Assembly (NCBI GenBank): GCA_039621445.1
Contig: CP154954.1
Span: forward strand, 1,240,001-1,304,000
DNA length: 64,000 nt
Origin: Euglena gracilis
Taxonomy: Eukaryota
Reading direction: 5' to 3'
Part shown: piece after piece, positions 14,256 to 29,200 of the stretch
Position numbering within the stretch: the first letter of the stretch is position 1
Layout of the letters: each line of letters starts with the position of its first letter
The notes under the pieces: generated by a model
What the model was told of the DNA's origin: nothing
Seen by the model: the letters and a program-made list of their open reading frames with translations, nothing else
Databases searched by the model: none
Translations under genes and position numbers: made by a program

Positions 14256-17200
14256 GCCCTGTGCTCTTGGTTGCTCTCTGGGTGTTGCGGGGCCGTGTGG
14301 TTCCCGGCATGGTTTTCCCACCCAATAAAGTGACGGTTTTTTTTATATATTAATTGTCAAAAACCTGCCTTTTGGCCTAATTTTCGGACCCTGCTGCGGG
14401 ATTTTTTTGGCCAAAGCTTTTGAAAAACGGAAAAGTAACCAACACTATATGAGAATCCCCGAAACCCTGTCGGGCGTCGACCACCCCTCCCCACCCCCAT
14501 CTTTGTGGGTGGGGAAGGTCCGACCCTCCCCCACCAGGCCTTCCCGTTTTTCGGGTATTTCGAGGCCGACTTTTAGGTCAATTTTTCCTTCTGCGGCTTC
14601 GGCGCCGAAGGAATTCTCTTTGCGCGGATGCTGTGGTGGGTGGGGGCCCACCTCCACCTGGGTGGGGGGCGACCTCCCCCACCAAGCCTTCCCGTACAGC
14701 CCTACCCCCCCCCCAAATGAGAACCCCTTGGTATTTTCAGCAACCATCTGCCGCCTAAGTGGAAGTTAGGAAGTGGAAATGGAAGTTAGTTGGTTAGTGG
14801 AGTTGCGTGGAAGTTTCGCAGCCCCGGGAAAAATTACGTGACACATCAGCGAGTACAAGACTTTGTGTCGCTGTCCCGGGGAGGCCTCTGGTGAACATTA
14901 TTTGAATCCAAATCGGCAATGCCATCCGGGATAGCCCCAAGACGACAACGTCAGAGGGTGACACCTTTCCAGGTGGGGAAGATCACCCCAAAAAGAATTA
15001 GTGCACCTTTGGGCACGTCGCAAAAAATTTTATTTTCGAAGGTTGGGGTTCAAGTGTTTGAGCTGTTTGTGACACGCTGGCCCGGCCTTTACCCCCCCCC
15101 CACATCTGTTTCATAGCTTAACGACCCATGCCTGAATTCACGTTCAGAAGACTGGTCTTTTTGCGTATTTAATTCTGCTAAGTATCTCGCAAAATATCTT
15201 GCATTTCAGGATTCCAAACTGCTGTAATTCCACACCCTCTAAATCCGGCTAAATTTGAAGGCCACCCCGGGGTTGCACAAACACACATAATTTGGTTGTG
15301 TTTGGTCGGTCTGTGCAAACCAACCCCCGTGCAGAACTCCCAAAACGTACCATTTAGATCTTTCCAGCTCTGGGGGGAGAGGGGTCTCGAGGTGCCCTGG
15401 AGTGCCTGGGCAAATAGGCACAAACCCCCTGGGGGGCCTGCCTGGTTGTGGGCCAAAGGCCGTCCGAAAATGGGCTTTTCTGGGCTTCCGGCGCCGAAGG
15501 CGAGTGCCCAGTCACTTTTGTCATATGTCCAACACCCTCCCCCTGTGTGCACTGTGGCTGTTTGCCCCCCCGCCCCACTGGGAACTCGGATCTGGCCAAC
15601 GCTTCTGCAGTTTCACAAACACACCAATTTCAGCTTGCGCATTGTCCCGTTTGCAGATTTTGTACAAATGGTTCTGTGTGTGTGTGTATCTGCATACACT
15701 GGTCGTTTGCTCAAATGCGCACACCAACCACTGAATTCTCGCAACTTGGGGACATCGTTTCAGGCTGAGTCTTACCTATTTAAATCTTTCCAGTAACATC
15801 CCATGTTGATGATGCAGCCGTTGGAAGTTTCGAACCACACATGCTGAGTGTCATGTATTCCGTATCCTGTGGTGAAACCTGCTCTAAGACACCCCAATTG
15901 TCAAAGTCCCTGCTTCCATCTCCACGTCTTGGGGCACCAGATCACACCTTGATTATATTATTTTAGTTATTTTTTTTTATTTCATCTTTAAATTTATTTT
16001 GCATTATTTATATTATTTCATTTATTTTTCAGGAAAAACAGGTATTGCCACTTTAAAAAATATATATACAATATGCTTGATTCTGCACCATAAAGGAGAA
16101 AAATTCATTGCAAGCTACGCAGCCTAAGTCCCAGCACCGTTCCCTTCGGGCCAAGCACAGGCCACCCGCCAGGTCACCACTGCAGACGGAGAGCGTGCGT
16201 ACCGGGTTCCGTGGTGCCGTTTCGTGCCGCCCCACAACTACGCCATCCGGCGGTCACCCGATTATCGGGAAGTGCTCCTGGCACGCTTCCGCCTGCTGGA
16301 GGTTCCGAACATCTACGAGGCGAAGGTGCGTATGTGACACATGCTGACACAGAACGGCCACATATGCACGCGCATTCACCCTCATGCACGCGCGCAGCAC
16401 ATGCGCACATACGCTCATACACGCATGCAAGCACACATAGACACTCCTATGCGCGTGCACACACGCATATCCACACACATGCACATGCATATTTTCATGG
16501 GTGAGCTCGCTCACGAACCCGGGAGCATCATTCAATCATGTACCTCCCCCGAGGAAGTGGATACTGACAAGCTGCATGAAAGACAAACGTATGACCACAT
16601 CTTCCCCCTGAGAAGCTGTCACCCTCCGAGGTGGCAGTTCAGGCAACCCTCTGCCCCCTCCCCTCCCCGGCCGCAGACGCTGCCCTTCGAGACCCGCGAC
16701 CTCTCCACGTACCAGCACCGCCCCACCAACGCCTCCCTGAAGTGGATCGCCTCCAAGCACCAGGCCCACGAGCTCTGCGTGCGGAAGACCGCCAAGAAGG
16801 AGGTCGGCCCGCCCGCCCTGCCTGCCCGTGCCCCGTCGGGCGCTCCGCCTGGTTCTGTGGCGATGTGTCGGACAGTGGAGCCAATTGGCTTGGCTTTTCG
16901 TTGCTGGTACTCACAGGGACCCCGCACTTTTTTGTAGGTCGGACCCCACGGATGTGGTGAGTTGGGTTGGTCCGCCAGACCCCCCCCCAAGGGGTACTCC
17001 CAAGGGCCTTGCCGGTCCCCTGAGACAGGGTTTTGGCCATTTTTGGCTTTTTGATTGCAAAATTGACCGCAAAATAGCGGTCCCCGGACCCCCGCCCAAC
17101 CCGCCAAGGGGCATCCCTGGGTGGGTGATGCTCTTAAAGTTCTCTGGGTACATACTGTACAGGCAAAAGGTGGTCTCTTCCCTTTCATCCCCACGTGTCA

Positions 17201-20200
17201 AATTCTGTGTGGCTGCTTCCCTCCGGCAGACCATCTTTGCCACGTTCCAGTCCGTGAAGCTGCATTTCGGCGATACCCCGGCGAGCCCCTGCCCGTTCCT
17301 CGCGCCCTCGGCCTCCTTCAGCTTGGCATTGGGCGTGTCCCGGCCTGTGCAACTCCACCCGCGGGCATTTTCGGCAGAACCCAGAAATCTGGCACTGGAA
17401 TCCCAACCCATGGCCGTCGTGCAACGCATCCAACCTGCGACGCGCGCGATATCCGCGTGTTGTGTGCGTGATGTGCGCGCGACATGCGGAACCGCCCGTG
17501 GCGCGGGCCGGGGCTCCCCCCGGGCCTGCTGCGGTGCAGCGTCCTGCTCCACCTCCCGGAGGACGAGCTGGCGCCGCCCGCCCCGGCCCCGGCCTCGGCC
17601 CCGGCCCTGGCCCCGGCCCCCGCCGCCGTCCCCGCCCCGCCGGCCGCTTCCCCGTCCAGGGGCGAGGCTCCCTGAGCCAGCGTCGGGATCATTTTCCATT
17701 GCGTGGCTCGGCGCTCCACTTGGTTTGTTCCCCCCTGAAAAGCGATTGTTCGGAGGTGGGCAAAATAGTTTGTCTTGACCCAGTCCCAAGATGACCCAAT
17801 GCTTCCTCTGTTGTTGTTTCTTTTTGCAAAAATGGGTTTAAACAATGACTCAAGATCTCAAACCAAAATTTTCGTTTGATTCATTGATCACCCAGTTCCA
17901 GATGAGGGACCTTATTGGGGGGAGATGTGTCAGTCAGCCGGGGGGGGGGGGATTTCTGGCCAACATGCCACCAGCATGAAAGGTTTCTTTTGTATTGAGT
18001 TCAACAACTTCTATGCATCCCTCTCCTGAGCCTGTTGGACAGCGCGTCGCAGAACGGACCGACGGTCGTGGCGGAGGAGCAGCCGAGGGCCTTGCCATTT
18101 TCATGTTACATGTTTCTCTTTTTGTGTGATTGTGTTTTGTGTCGTGCGCGGGTGGGTGGGTGGGCGGGTGCAAGCGTGTGTGGTGCATACGTGCGTGTAT
18201 GAGCATGTTTGGTGTGTTTGTGTGTTCTGTGTTGTGTACGTGTGTATGTCTGTGTGTTTTTTTTGTGTGTGTGTGATTGGTATCTAATGGGATGGGACGA
18301 AGAGGGCCCGTGGTTTGCACCCCACATCCGTGCAATACACCTCTCCAACTGTGCACAGGGATATTCATCTTTTCGGTTTTGAACTGATTGGTTTGTGCCA
18401 ACGGCTCATTCTTCCTCCTGCCACACAGAACCTGACGTGAGGGAAATGTATTTTCTTCCCCATGTCATTTGGCGATGCAGTGGGAGGATTGGGAGGGCCG
18501 CCCCGACGGGTGCGGCTCCCGATGCCGGGGCGGAGCGGGTGGAGGTCTCGACGTTCAACGAGGACGACGAAGTGGAACTGGAGCCTGAGGAGGTGGGCCT
18601 CCCACCCTCCTTGCCCCATCTCTACACCTGTCCCCATGTGTCATGTGCCAACGATTTGATCGGCTGGTGAGGGTGCCGTCTTCAGACACAAATGCGGGGG
18701 GGCAGGAACCAGAAAAATTCAAGGTCAAACGGTGAGAATCGGAGCTCAACACAAACCCACTCTTTGCCCACTTTTTCCTCTCCCCAAGCAATTACCCAAA
18801 AAAGAAGATCCACTGAGCAAAATCCAAATTATGACCCTCTTTGTGGGCGTCATAAAAACATGCTCCTGAAGAATTAGCAAGAAATCTTTTTCCAGCAACG
18901 AAACCAATGAAATGACAAACATTTTCTATTTTGTGTTTTCAAGGTTGGTTTTTGAGGTCATTAAGAGCAAAAGAATCATGAATGTATTGCCAAATGACAT
19001 GGAGCATGCAAGCCAATGGGACGCAGAATTTTTCAGTTTTTTCCTTCAAGCGGAGACAAAAATGGCATTTTCTTTTGCAATTGTGATTGATTGTATGAAG
19101 TCTGAAAATTCAACACCATCAGAGGGAGATTTCTAGCAAAAGTCGATTTTCACCATAAAATTTAGCCAATTAGATTTATGATATCAGAATGTCCGGCAGA
19201 GAAATCAAAGGAAATATATTTTGAAGATCAAAACAATATTTCGGCCATGCACACCAGATGTAATGTAAACAAGTCGCAGAAAATCAGAAGAATAATTGCA
19301 GAGGAACACTACATTGCATTGGGCAGGACATTTTATCTCGAAGTCACTAGCGCAAGGGGAATGATTCATTTTTTTTATTTCCCAGTGGGTCGCAAATCAG
19401 GCACCAGTCCCCACTACTCCCCGAGGATGCAACCTGATACATATGTACATATATAATACAAATTTTTCATTTCGAATTTTGAATCGTTAAGAATGACCTC
19501 CGCAGTGTCGCTACGCAACACATATGCTCAGGAGTCGCAAGCAGAGCAGTCGGCGGCGGTGGAAAAGGAGCCGAACTGCATTTATCGCTGTCCGGTCCAG
19601 CCCAGGTCGTCCGCCAGAGGCGATGTCGCTTTTTCGCTTCTCCGTTGCCATGCATGCAGGGATCCGTTTTCAGCAAACCACCCGTTGTGTGGCAGGTGGG
19701 CGGTTTTTCGAAGAATGGACTCTGCCCTGCCACTGAAATGGCCAGACGGCGTATTCTCAGCCCCCCAGAAAAGTGTCATGTGCAGAAAATATTAAGTTTT
19801 AAATTTTCCGGATCTTTGGCAGCAGCCAAAGTGGAACGCCACTTGAGAACCTTGCACATATAAACAGCAGTTGCCTTCGTTTTTGGTTTTTTTGCGAATT
19901 TTTGTTCCTGTTTGCATGTATTTTTTTCGTATTCTGAATGTTTGCATTTTCAAAAAAAAGATTGTATAGATTGGCTTACTTTGAATTGTTTTGAGAGTTA
20001 TATTTTCGTCATACATTACATGATATGCAAAAATATTTAATGCCACAATAATATTTTTTTTTGCATTTCAAGGCTCCAAGCATTTTTTGCAAAAAGGTTC
20101 ATGTTTTTTTCTGGACAAGTGTGGGGAAGAACTTTTCAGATCTGAGGTTTTCCTGCATTTTATCTTACAAAGTTGCAATTCTGACACCTTTGTTTTTTTT

Positions 20201-23200
20201 CCCTTTGTTCAAGGACCAGTTCAGTGCAGAGGACAGCTGCACCAACCGGTCAAGAATGCTCCCCGAGGTTTGAGCCAACCGTGACTTCCGACCGAAACAT
20301 AAATTGAAGCAACAGCCCAAGATTTATGCCACCGATGGGGCGAAATGTAAAGTAATCAACGCAGGTCCAGAACACAGGCATGGTGGGAGGCCTGTCCGAA
20401 CAAACGAGGTAATCGTCAACAACCAGCACACCAGTTCTCAGTTTTCCTGAAGCCGGCATCGAATGTGTCATTTTTTCGGAACGTGGTGCCCTAAGGAACG
20501 AATGTGGTACCCTGAGGTACCAATCCCAAATAGTGTTGGACTGTTGCATACTGTTGCACTGTTGGACGGCCGCCTCCGGCGGCGTCCGTGCAGGGTGCAG
20601 CACTATTTGGACCCGCCGCACTATTGGACTGGGTGCCCCTCAGTCCCGGCCCATCACCACAGGCACCTTGTTTGCCTGCTCAATGTCCTATTCTGAGGCT
20701 AGCGAGGTCGTGTGGGTCATATTCGGACGACTTCCGCGAGTTATTCAGATGGGAATTTGCCCCCTTTCCCCTCTCTGCGGGTTACAAAAGGTGCCTGCAG
20801 TTAGCTGCACCAGCTTCTTCGCATTTCACAGTGCTATGTTTTTGGGGGGTGCAGCATTATTGGACGCCCGCTTCATCCGGCAGGGGGATTATTTGGACCC
20901 GCAGCTCTATTGGCCCCGCAGCGCTATTAGGGGGGTTTCGTTCTTGAGGGACCAATGTGGTACCCTGAGCATTTCCTTGTTGGATCTCTCTGCTGGATTG
21001 GAGTCAAGAACTTGGGCCCGATTTCAGCAACCCCTCGGTGAGTCAACCCCCAAATTCTACCCCTTTGGCAGGTTGGTTTGAACCCAAAAGTTAAAGTCCC
21101 CCCAAGGTGTCCAAGTGAATCCATTGGGTCGGTCCATTCTACCCCCCCCCCGTCCTACGCGTATGTGTTTCATTTCGGCTTTTCGGCTTTTTTGCCATTT
21201 TTCTCACATTTGGCTGGCCAAATGGCTTTTCCCGCCGTTTTGTCGAAAAGCAATTTTGAAACAAGTCATCTTCTGATCATCTGATGGGTGGGAACACGTC
21301 CCACGCGGCACCCTGCCGGGGATCTACACGCCTCTGACCCACCCCGCCCGCCTCACCCCCCCGAAGTGCAAGGCAGGGGAGTGCCCGCTGAATGCATTAC
21401 ACTCCTGCGTGGGGACGCTCAGCGACGCCCAGGTGTGCCAGCCAAGCAGGTGTCGATGCGCGCAATGGGCACTGGCCCACAAATCATACACTGTGGTGAG
21501 GGGTGGTCACGTGAAGGAATTTTCGTGAAGGAATTTTTTAAGCTGAGTTATTCCCAAACCAGAGGGGTATGGGAACATGTTGAATCGACAGAATCTGTTT
21601 GAATTAACCCTGTCTAAAACATCAAACAACCCAGGTTATTATTTGGTTACTCGAATTCATACACCAATAGATGGTTCTTATTGGAGGGAAGTTGCTTTTG
21701 GGCAAAGTATAATAAGTGTAGCAAACATGCAGGCAGTGTGGGCTCAGTGCGGGAAATCGGCCGCAGAATTTTCGGTGGTCGCCAGGGACAAGTCATTGGC
21801 GACCATTGTGTCCGTGGCCTGGTGACCATTGGCGGTCGCTTGCGACTGGTCGCTCCAACCACCAATAATTTGAGCCCCCCCCCCCTCTGATAACCCCCCC
21901 ATCTTTTTGTTGAGAAACAACAAATCATGTCCCAAAACCTGCCGAGATGACTTCGGAATATCAATGCAGTATAACCTGCCGCACACCCCACGACATCCCA
22001 TGCGACGGGAAGGGAGGCGCCTTGGGAAGCCCCCCCCCCCCCCCCGAGAGGAAGCCGTGGGCCGACTACGTTCATTAGACGCTTACCCTTGGCAATCCTT
22101 GCTTTGCACACACGAAGAGATTTTGTCATTGGCGCCGCGGCAGCCTCCCTGGGAAGAGGCTGTGGGCCGACAACTGGGGGGCATCTCCAATGCAAAATGC
22201 TTTTGTGTGTGCAAAGCAAGGCTGGCCACAGGTAAATGCCGAATGAATTTAGTCGGCCTCTTCCCAAGGGGAGGCAGCCCCGATATAGGGTTTCTGGAGT
22301 AATTTGGACAGGTTTTGGGCCTTGTGGTTTGATTTTGTAGTACGCTTTGCAGTATTTTGCAGTACGGGGGTTGAAAGTTAAAGGGGGGTCAAGTTATTGT
22401 TGGTTGGAGCGACCGTGCTGGTGACCATTGGTGGTCGCCAGCAGCTGGTCGCCAGAAATTGGTCGCTAGCTATTAGTTCCTGGCAACCACCAAAAAGTCC
22501 ACGAGCAACTGGTTTTTTTTTTGTCGGACCGGCTGGCCCGAGTCCAGCCCTCACTCCCAGTTGTTTGTGATTCAACAAGAAAGGTGCACGCCCGGTCACT
22601 GAGGCAGTTTTGACAAATTTTTGTCCGAAAGTGCCCAAGAGGGCATTTTGGGTCAATTTTAAGAAAATTTTTCGGCCCGACTCTTGGGCCCATTTTCGCC
22701 GTGCCACTGTTTAGATGGAGGTGGGGGACCCCATCCCTCCTTGACTGGAGTCAGGGGTCCGACCCCCCCCCCCACATGCCTTCATACGGAACTCTGCTAG
22801 ACCCCCCCCCAAGCTGCACCGTGGCGGGGTCAATTTCGGGCAGGTTTTGCCACACCGGAGAGGGGGGGTATTGATTGCCCGTGGATGGGCGGAATTCCCC
22901 CCAGCCCGTATGCAACGATCGCCGAGAGAGCCTCACCGATGGCTCTGCCCTCCCGTCACACAGGTCCGGGCTGCCCTGGCCCACCTGGTGGAGAAGGAGG
23001 TCCTGGTGGAGATTGAAGGGGACAACCCGGTGGGTGCTTCTTCTGTGTCGGTGGATTGCACACATGCATGCATTTAATCCCTGTACAACCCCCTTTTGAA
23101 AAGTTCTGGGCTTTTGAAAAGTTGGTTGGTGGGTGGGGTTTGGTACGGAGGTGCATGATCACATATTCAGTGAGTAACCCCTGGGGGGGGGGGGGGCATT

Positions 23201-26200
23201 TTTCCAAACCCATCAACGCAGCCATTTTTGTTGAAAATCCGCCCATAACGTTGTAAGCCCGTGAACTTGTAATCCCTCTTTTATGATTGTGTCAACAGTT
23301 CGACATTTTTTTTTTGGTAATCCTCAGTAAATCCCCCACCAAATTATACCCCCCCTCGGGGTCCGACTTCGGCGACCAGGTTAATACCCCCCCCCGGTTT
23401 CGGGCCGAAGGCCCGGATTTTGACCTGAAAATATGAAAAAAAACAGAAAAGAAAAGAAAATGCGGAAGAAATCGATTTTTCTGCAACGTGACCTCCAAAA
23501 AAATGCTAAAGTTCATACAAAAATACAAAAAAAAAGACCCCAAAGGGAGTTTTGGCCCTATTTTGGCTCCTACGGCACTTCGAAAAATTTCGAAAAATTT
23601 TGGGTGCCCTCCCCCCAAATAATACTCCCTCCTCAGGCCGGTGCCTAGGACGAAAAAAATTAATACCCAGAGGGGGTATTTTTTGGGGGGGTTACCACAC
23701 TATTATCATATCTCTGTTGTTTCTTATTTTGCTTCACAATACCCCCTGTCTAAACACCACCCCAGCGTATTTTCCCAGGAAGCAGTTTTTCTTGCGCATT
23801 TTCATGACATATTTGAAAAACTCAGTATTGCAGGCCATCTTAGAGCTTGATTTGGTCAGAGAGTGCTGATTTTTTCCATCCAAATGCCTGCAAGTAAAAT
23901 TAGGACCCCCCAAAAACAGGCTTTGTTTATTCGGGTCGAAGGGCTGGATTTTCATTGCCCCTCCCTCCAGTTCTCACCCATGTTTTGGCCTAATGGCCAC
24001 CCCCTGTTCTTTTCTTTTCCCGTTCTCTGACAGGAGGTCAGGGGAGGTCGACCCACGAGGTCGGTGACTCTGGTTGCGAATCAAGTCGAATAGCTTGCCA
24101 CGCAACACAGCGATGTCAGGGGAATGACAAAAATTAAGAGACAGTAGCTTTCTGAGGCGTTTTTCTGCGGGGGGGGGGGGGGGGGGTGGACCTTCAGCCA
24201 CAGCCCTCCCCTCCGCAGGACCACCGCCTCCGCCCCGTGGACGGCCGCCTCAGCTTCTTTGGCCGCCTCAAGGACCAGAACGACGTCGGCCAGACGGCCC
24301 CCGGACGCCGATGGGGCCGATGGGGGGCGATGGCGGCGCACCCCAGCGGTGCGGCCGTGGCTTGCCGCGGTGCCCGGCGCAACCCGAGGCCGATGCCCGA
24401 TGGTGTTCCTTGGGCTGCCCGCCCATGGTTGGTGCCGACGGTGGGGTTGAAGGCATGGTCCCCATTGGGGTCCGCAGGGTTTAGGGACGGAACGGGGCGG
24501 ACATTGTCAATTTGGTTCTGGCACTGTTGCGCGAGCTTGTGAGAGCGCGTGCCGGACATTGGAGGACAAGGCTCGCGCCAACTCGGCCACCGGCAGGGCG
24601 GGCTGAGGAAGGTTTGCAGTGACCAACGGTTTTCCAAAAATCTGTTGTTCTGTTCTGGCCGGAAGAAGCAGCCTCCCAGCTGCGCCAGCATTTGAGTGCC
24701 GCACCGCCGCATGGAGTGCGCCCAGCCATCCGATGTTGCTCCTCAGCACCACAGATTCATCCAACACCTGCGGGACCCCACTCCCCTGCCAGCAGAGGGG
24801 TGGGGTTGGGCTTGGAAACACTGGGGTCACTAAGTGAACCCAGGCCCGGCACCCCGCCCCCCCCCCAACCCTCGTTACGGCGGCGCGGCGGCCGCCTGCC
24901 GGGCCGACCTGCTGGCGGTGCTGCAGGGGCAGCTGGACGCCTTCGCCCAGCTGGAGCACCAGGAGCGGGACCCCTTCGTGCCGCGGTGGCCCCACGGCGG
25001 TGTGGCCCCGGGGTGGGTCTGCGCCAGCGTTTTTTTTTTTGGGGGGGGGGGGTGAGGTCGGTAGACTTTCCCAAATGGAAAGGAGAGGCCCTGTGCCTAC
25101 ATGAGGGGGGCAGAAAAAGAGTCCGGATGGGTGATTCCTTGGGGACATTCAAAAAACCATGGAACTTTTTTCCAATTTATGCTGCTCTTCATTGGGGGAT
25201 TATTTGGTGGCCAAATGACATCTTGAGGTGGTGGTAATGGGGAAGGGGACAGTTATTCCCATTCCTAACAGCTTTCTGCTTTAGGTTTTGTAGTACCCCC
25301 TGGGGTCCTGGGGTCCCCCTGGGTAAATTGAAGCTGTTCAAAATCTGGCTTGTGGAATTTGTGGTGGACACCCCCCGCCATTTTACCAGTTACCGGCGCT
25401 TCGCAAAGCGCCAGAAGGAATCCCCCCCCAAAACCTGCCAAAAAATACCCATTTCTGGCAGCTTTTGAGATTTTTTGGAATAAAGTTACCCCAAAAAACA
25501 CATTGAATTGAAACCCCCATTTTCATCTGCCAGGCCGTAGGCCGACTAAGAGCACCCTCAATTTTCTCCATGCGCAACCAACGTTATTTGCACAGAAACC
25601 TGACTTGAGGCTCGGGCGGGGGTGACAGGGGGGGTTTCCGCCTCATGATGCTTTTGTGAAGGATTTTCATGCAATCCTTGTCCATCGGGGGGGGGGGGGG
25701 GCCGGCCTGGCTAGGAGCTGTTGGCTGGAAAAGAGGTGCCGGCTGGCTGGCTGGACTCCCAAAAGGCGGGTGCTTTCTAGCTCAAAGAAAACCCAAAAAA
25801 TGTGAGTGTAAGGTCGGTGGGTGGGTGGTGAGGCTTTGTGGGCTCCGGAGGCCGCTGATATGAAGTTCGGGCCAGGCCGGCAAAGCCGGCTTGGACCGAA
25901 TTGGAACTGGAACTTTCGGCGCAAAGGGCCATATGTTTTTGAGAAAGGATCAGAAATAGCCAAAAAAAAACGCCATTTGTGAGTGGATTTTGGTCTTTCA
26001 CCTGCAAAATTTGGCTGAAAAATGCCAACCCAGCTGGAGTTGGGCTTTTGGGGGCTTTTTTTGGTGCAGAAAACCAATCGCATGCGATTGAAATTCATGG
26101 TAAGTTTGGTAAAAAAAAATGAATTGCGAACCAAACATTTTGGGTTTGCCCACCATTTTGTCTTCGAAGCACAATGGGAACGGTGTGCTTATTTTGAATT

Positions 26201-29200
26201 TAGTTGTTTTTCAAAAGCACTGCTGTCTTTTTTTTTTTATTTGCATTGCATGCATGCTGGAATTGGATCAATAATTAAAAGGCTTGTGGAGAAATGTCGA
26301 AATTTTCATACATTTTCCCTGAGGATCTAAAGCCAAGTTTGTCTGGGGCAACTTTTTTTACATCCAGAATAGCCCTGCTGACGTGCCCCCCCCCCTCTTG
26401 TTGTATGGCCAATGCCCGCACATTAACCGCAAGTTTGCTGGTCAGGCAACAAGGGGGAGGTCCAGGGTTTTAAGCGGTGTTAGGGACGGCGTCATACCAC
26501 CTCGTACATTCGTGGCATTATTGCCCTGGTTGTGAGATGTGCATTGGCGTGGAAGAAGCTGGGCGAGTTTGGTTGTTTTTTTTCTGTTTACTGGTGACCA
26601 CTCCCGGGGGGGGGGGGGCATCAGGGTCTACCCTGGTCCCTGCAGCGCCAGGGAAACACACCGTTGGGGGGTAATCGTGGCCGGATTCAGGGAGGAGAGG
26701 ATCTTAATATTAGGAACAGGGTTAGGGGAAGGGTCGGCGCGCCGAAAGTTGGCCTATTTAGAATCAATTTAGGATCAATTTTAGGATGTATTTTAGAACA
26801 GAGGTTTGGCAGGAAGTTAGTGTCCCCATTTCGGATGATTTTTTAACACGGTTTCTTTCCTTGTTCCTTTTTCAGTCTGCTAAAACCACAGACGCAACAC
26901 GTGCAAAGACCCCCCCCCAACCCCCCTGGTGTGGTTTATCGTGAGTGGGTGTGCTGGTGGGACCCCCTGAGTTTCGGCTGGTTTTGGGTGGGTTTGGGGT
27001 GGATGGACCTTTCAGGGGAGGGGGTGGGGCGGGTGGGTGGGGGTCTGGGACAAAATGGCCCATCACAGGGTCATTACGTGAGCCCGTTGATTGGGCCGCA
27101 TTTCGTCAACGTCTCACCCTCCCCCCCCCCCAGGCAGCACCAAGGTCGAGCACGTCCGGGGCGTGGACCGCTTCTGCGCCAACCAGCGGAACCCGGCGCT
27201 GCGCGCCCTCTACGCCTGCCTCCACTGGATCGCGCCGTTCTTTCCCGCCGGACATCAGTCATATATTCACGGCGGGGTTGGGGGTTTTCTGAAGCCGGAG
27301 GGGATCCTACCCCCACGGGGGGGGGGTCCAGCCAGCAGCTTTTTTCAGCAGGCCAGCTGGACCCCCCCCCCCTGACCTGGAGACCTGGAGGGTTCTTGGC
27401 AAACTCTGGGTGGGGTTTCCCGCATTATATTGGCGGGGTTCAGTATTGCTGATCAGAGGGTGATGCGCGACATGAAAGCAACGAGATCACGTGCAGGCAC
27501 CTATGCCGACTGCAGCCGACCGCAGCCGACCGCAGCCGACCGCGGCCGACCACGGGTTTCAGGACTGTCATAGGTGGGGTGCCGACCGCAGCCGACCGCA
27601 GCCAACCGCAACCGACCGCAGCCGACCGCAGCCGACCGCGCAACTTTTTTCTAATTGATGTCAATTTTTCAGTGAGAATGAGGAATTAGGCTCATTTTTA
27701 TCCCAGATGTTGAGATTTTTCTGGCTCATCTGGCTCATGTTGCCACTTTTGGCCACTTTTGGCCACTTTTGGTCATTTTTGGCCATTTTTTGGTCGCTTT
27801 TGTCCCCTTTTGACCCATTTGCCACCATAATTCACCCATTTTGACCTATTTTGACCATTTTTTGGCCATTTTTTTGCCCACTTCTTGTAATTTTGGGCCA
27901 TTTTGTCCTGCTCTTGGGCCATTTTGGGCCATTTAGGGCCATTTTTGACCATTTAAAGCCATTTTCGACCTTTTCTTTTGTTATTTTTGCCCATTTTTTT
28001 GGTCTCTTTTTGGTCCAATTTGACCATTTTGAGCATTTTGCGCCAGTTTGTTGCCAAAAGTGAACAAAAGCTGCTAAAGTGACCCAAACCGGCCAAAAGC
28101 AGGGTCATTTTGGGCCATTTTTTGGGCATTTTCTTGTTATTTTTGCCTGCTTTTGGAACTTTTTGCCATTTTAACCATGTTTTGCCACTTTTTGGCCATT
28201 TTTAGCTCACGTTTGACTGCTCTTGATGTCAAAAGCAACAAAAAGACGTTTAAAGTGGCCTGAAAGTGGCCAGAAGTGGGTAAAAATGGCCAAAAGCAGA
28301 GAAAAGTGGTCAAAAGTGGGTTAAAGAGGCCAAAAGTGGTCAAAAGAGGTCAAAGCAAAGCAAAAGCTGGCCAAAAGCAGCCAAAACACAGCAAAAAGTG
28401 GGCAAAAGCAACAAAAGTGACCAAAACAAAGCAAACGGCAGGAAATAATGGGCAAAGGCAGCAAAAATCGACCAAAAGTCGGCAACGGTGGCCAAAAGCA
28501 GTCCAAAAGCATTAAAAACTGGCCAAAAGCAGCGAAAAGTGGCCAAAAGTCGGCAACAGCGGATTGTGTGATTGTGATATATGCTCATTTTTTGTTGGCC
28601 TGCCCCCCACCTACAGCCAATTACTTTGCCGACCGCTGCCGACCGCAGCCGACCGCAGCCGACCGCAGCCGACCGCAGCCGACCGCAGCCGACCGCGGCC
28701 GACCGCAGCCGACCGCGGGCTAAAATTTGGAATCTGTCATAGGTGCTTGATCACGTGGGCAACCCCGCCCTGCTTGTGTTTTGTTCGACGCTGCACGGAG
28801 GGCTCTTCATTGGACCGTGACCAGCCCTCTGACGGCGCCAAACAGAACACAGTGGTGCAGCCCACCCCCATTGCACCAATGCACGGTACCGCAGGCTGGG
28901 TGCCGCACCATTTTGGGGGGAGTCTGTTTGGGGATCCATACCATGTCAAGGGCAGCGTCCCTCCTGCTAACAACACCGGTAACACCGGTAGTAACAGATG
29001 CCCGCCTCTGTGTTCTGGACGCTGCCTGCGTGGTGTCAGAGTGAATAAGAAGGTGTTTCTCCATTTCCATGTGTTTGCTTTTGAATATTATATATGGCAT
29101 CATATGGTGCATACAGTGCGTGTGAATAATAAATTTTCCTTGTGCATGTTCAGAGTAATTTTTGGAATCCCAAGCCAAGTCTAACGCCGTTCTGTGTGAG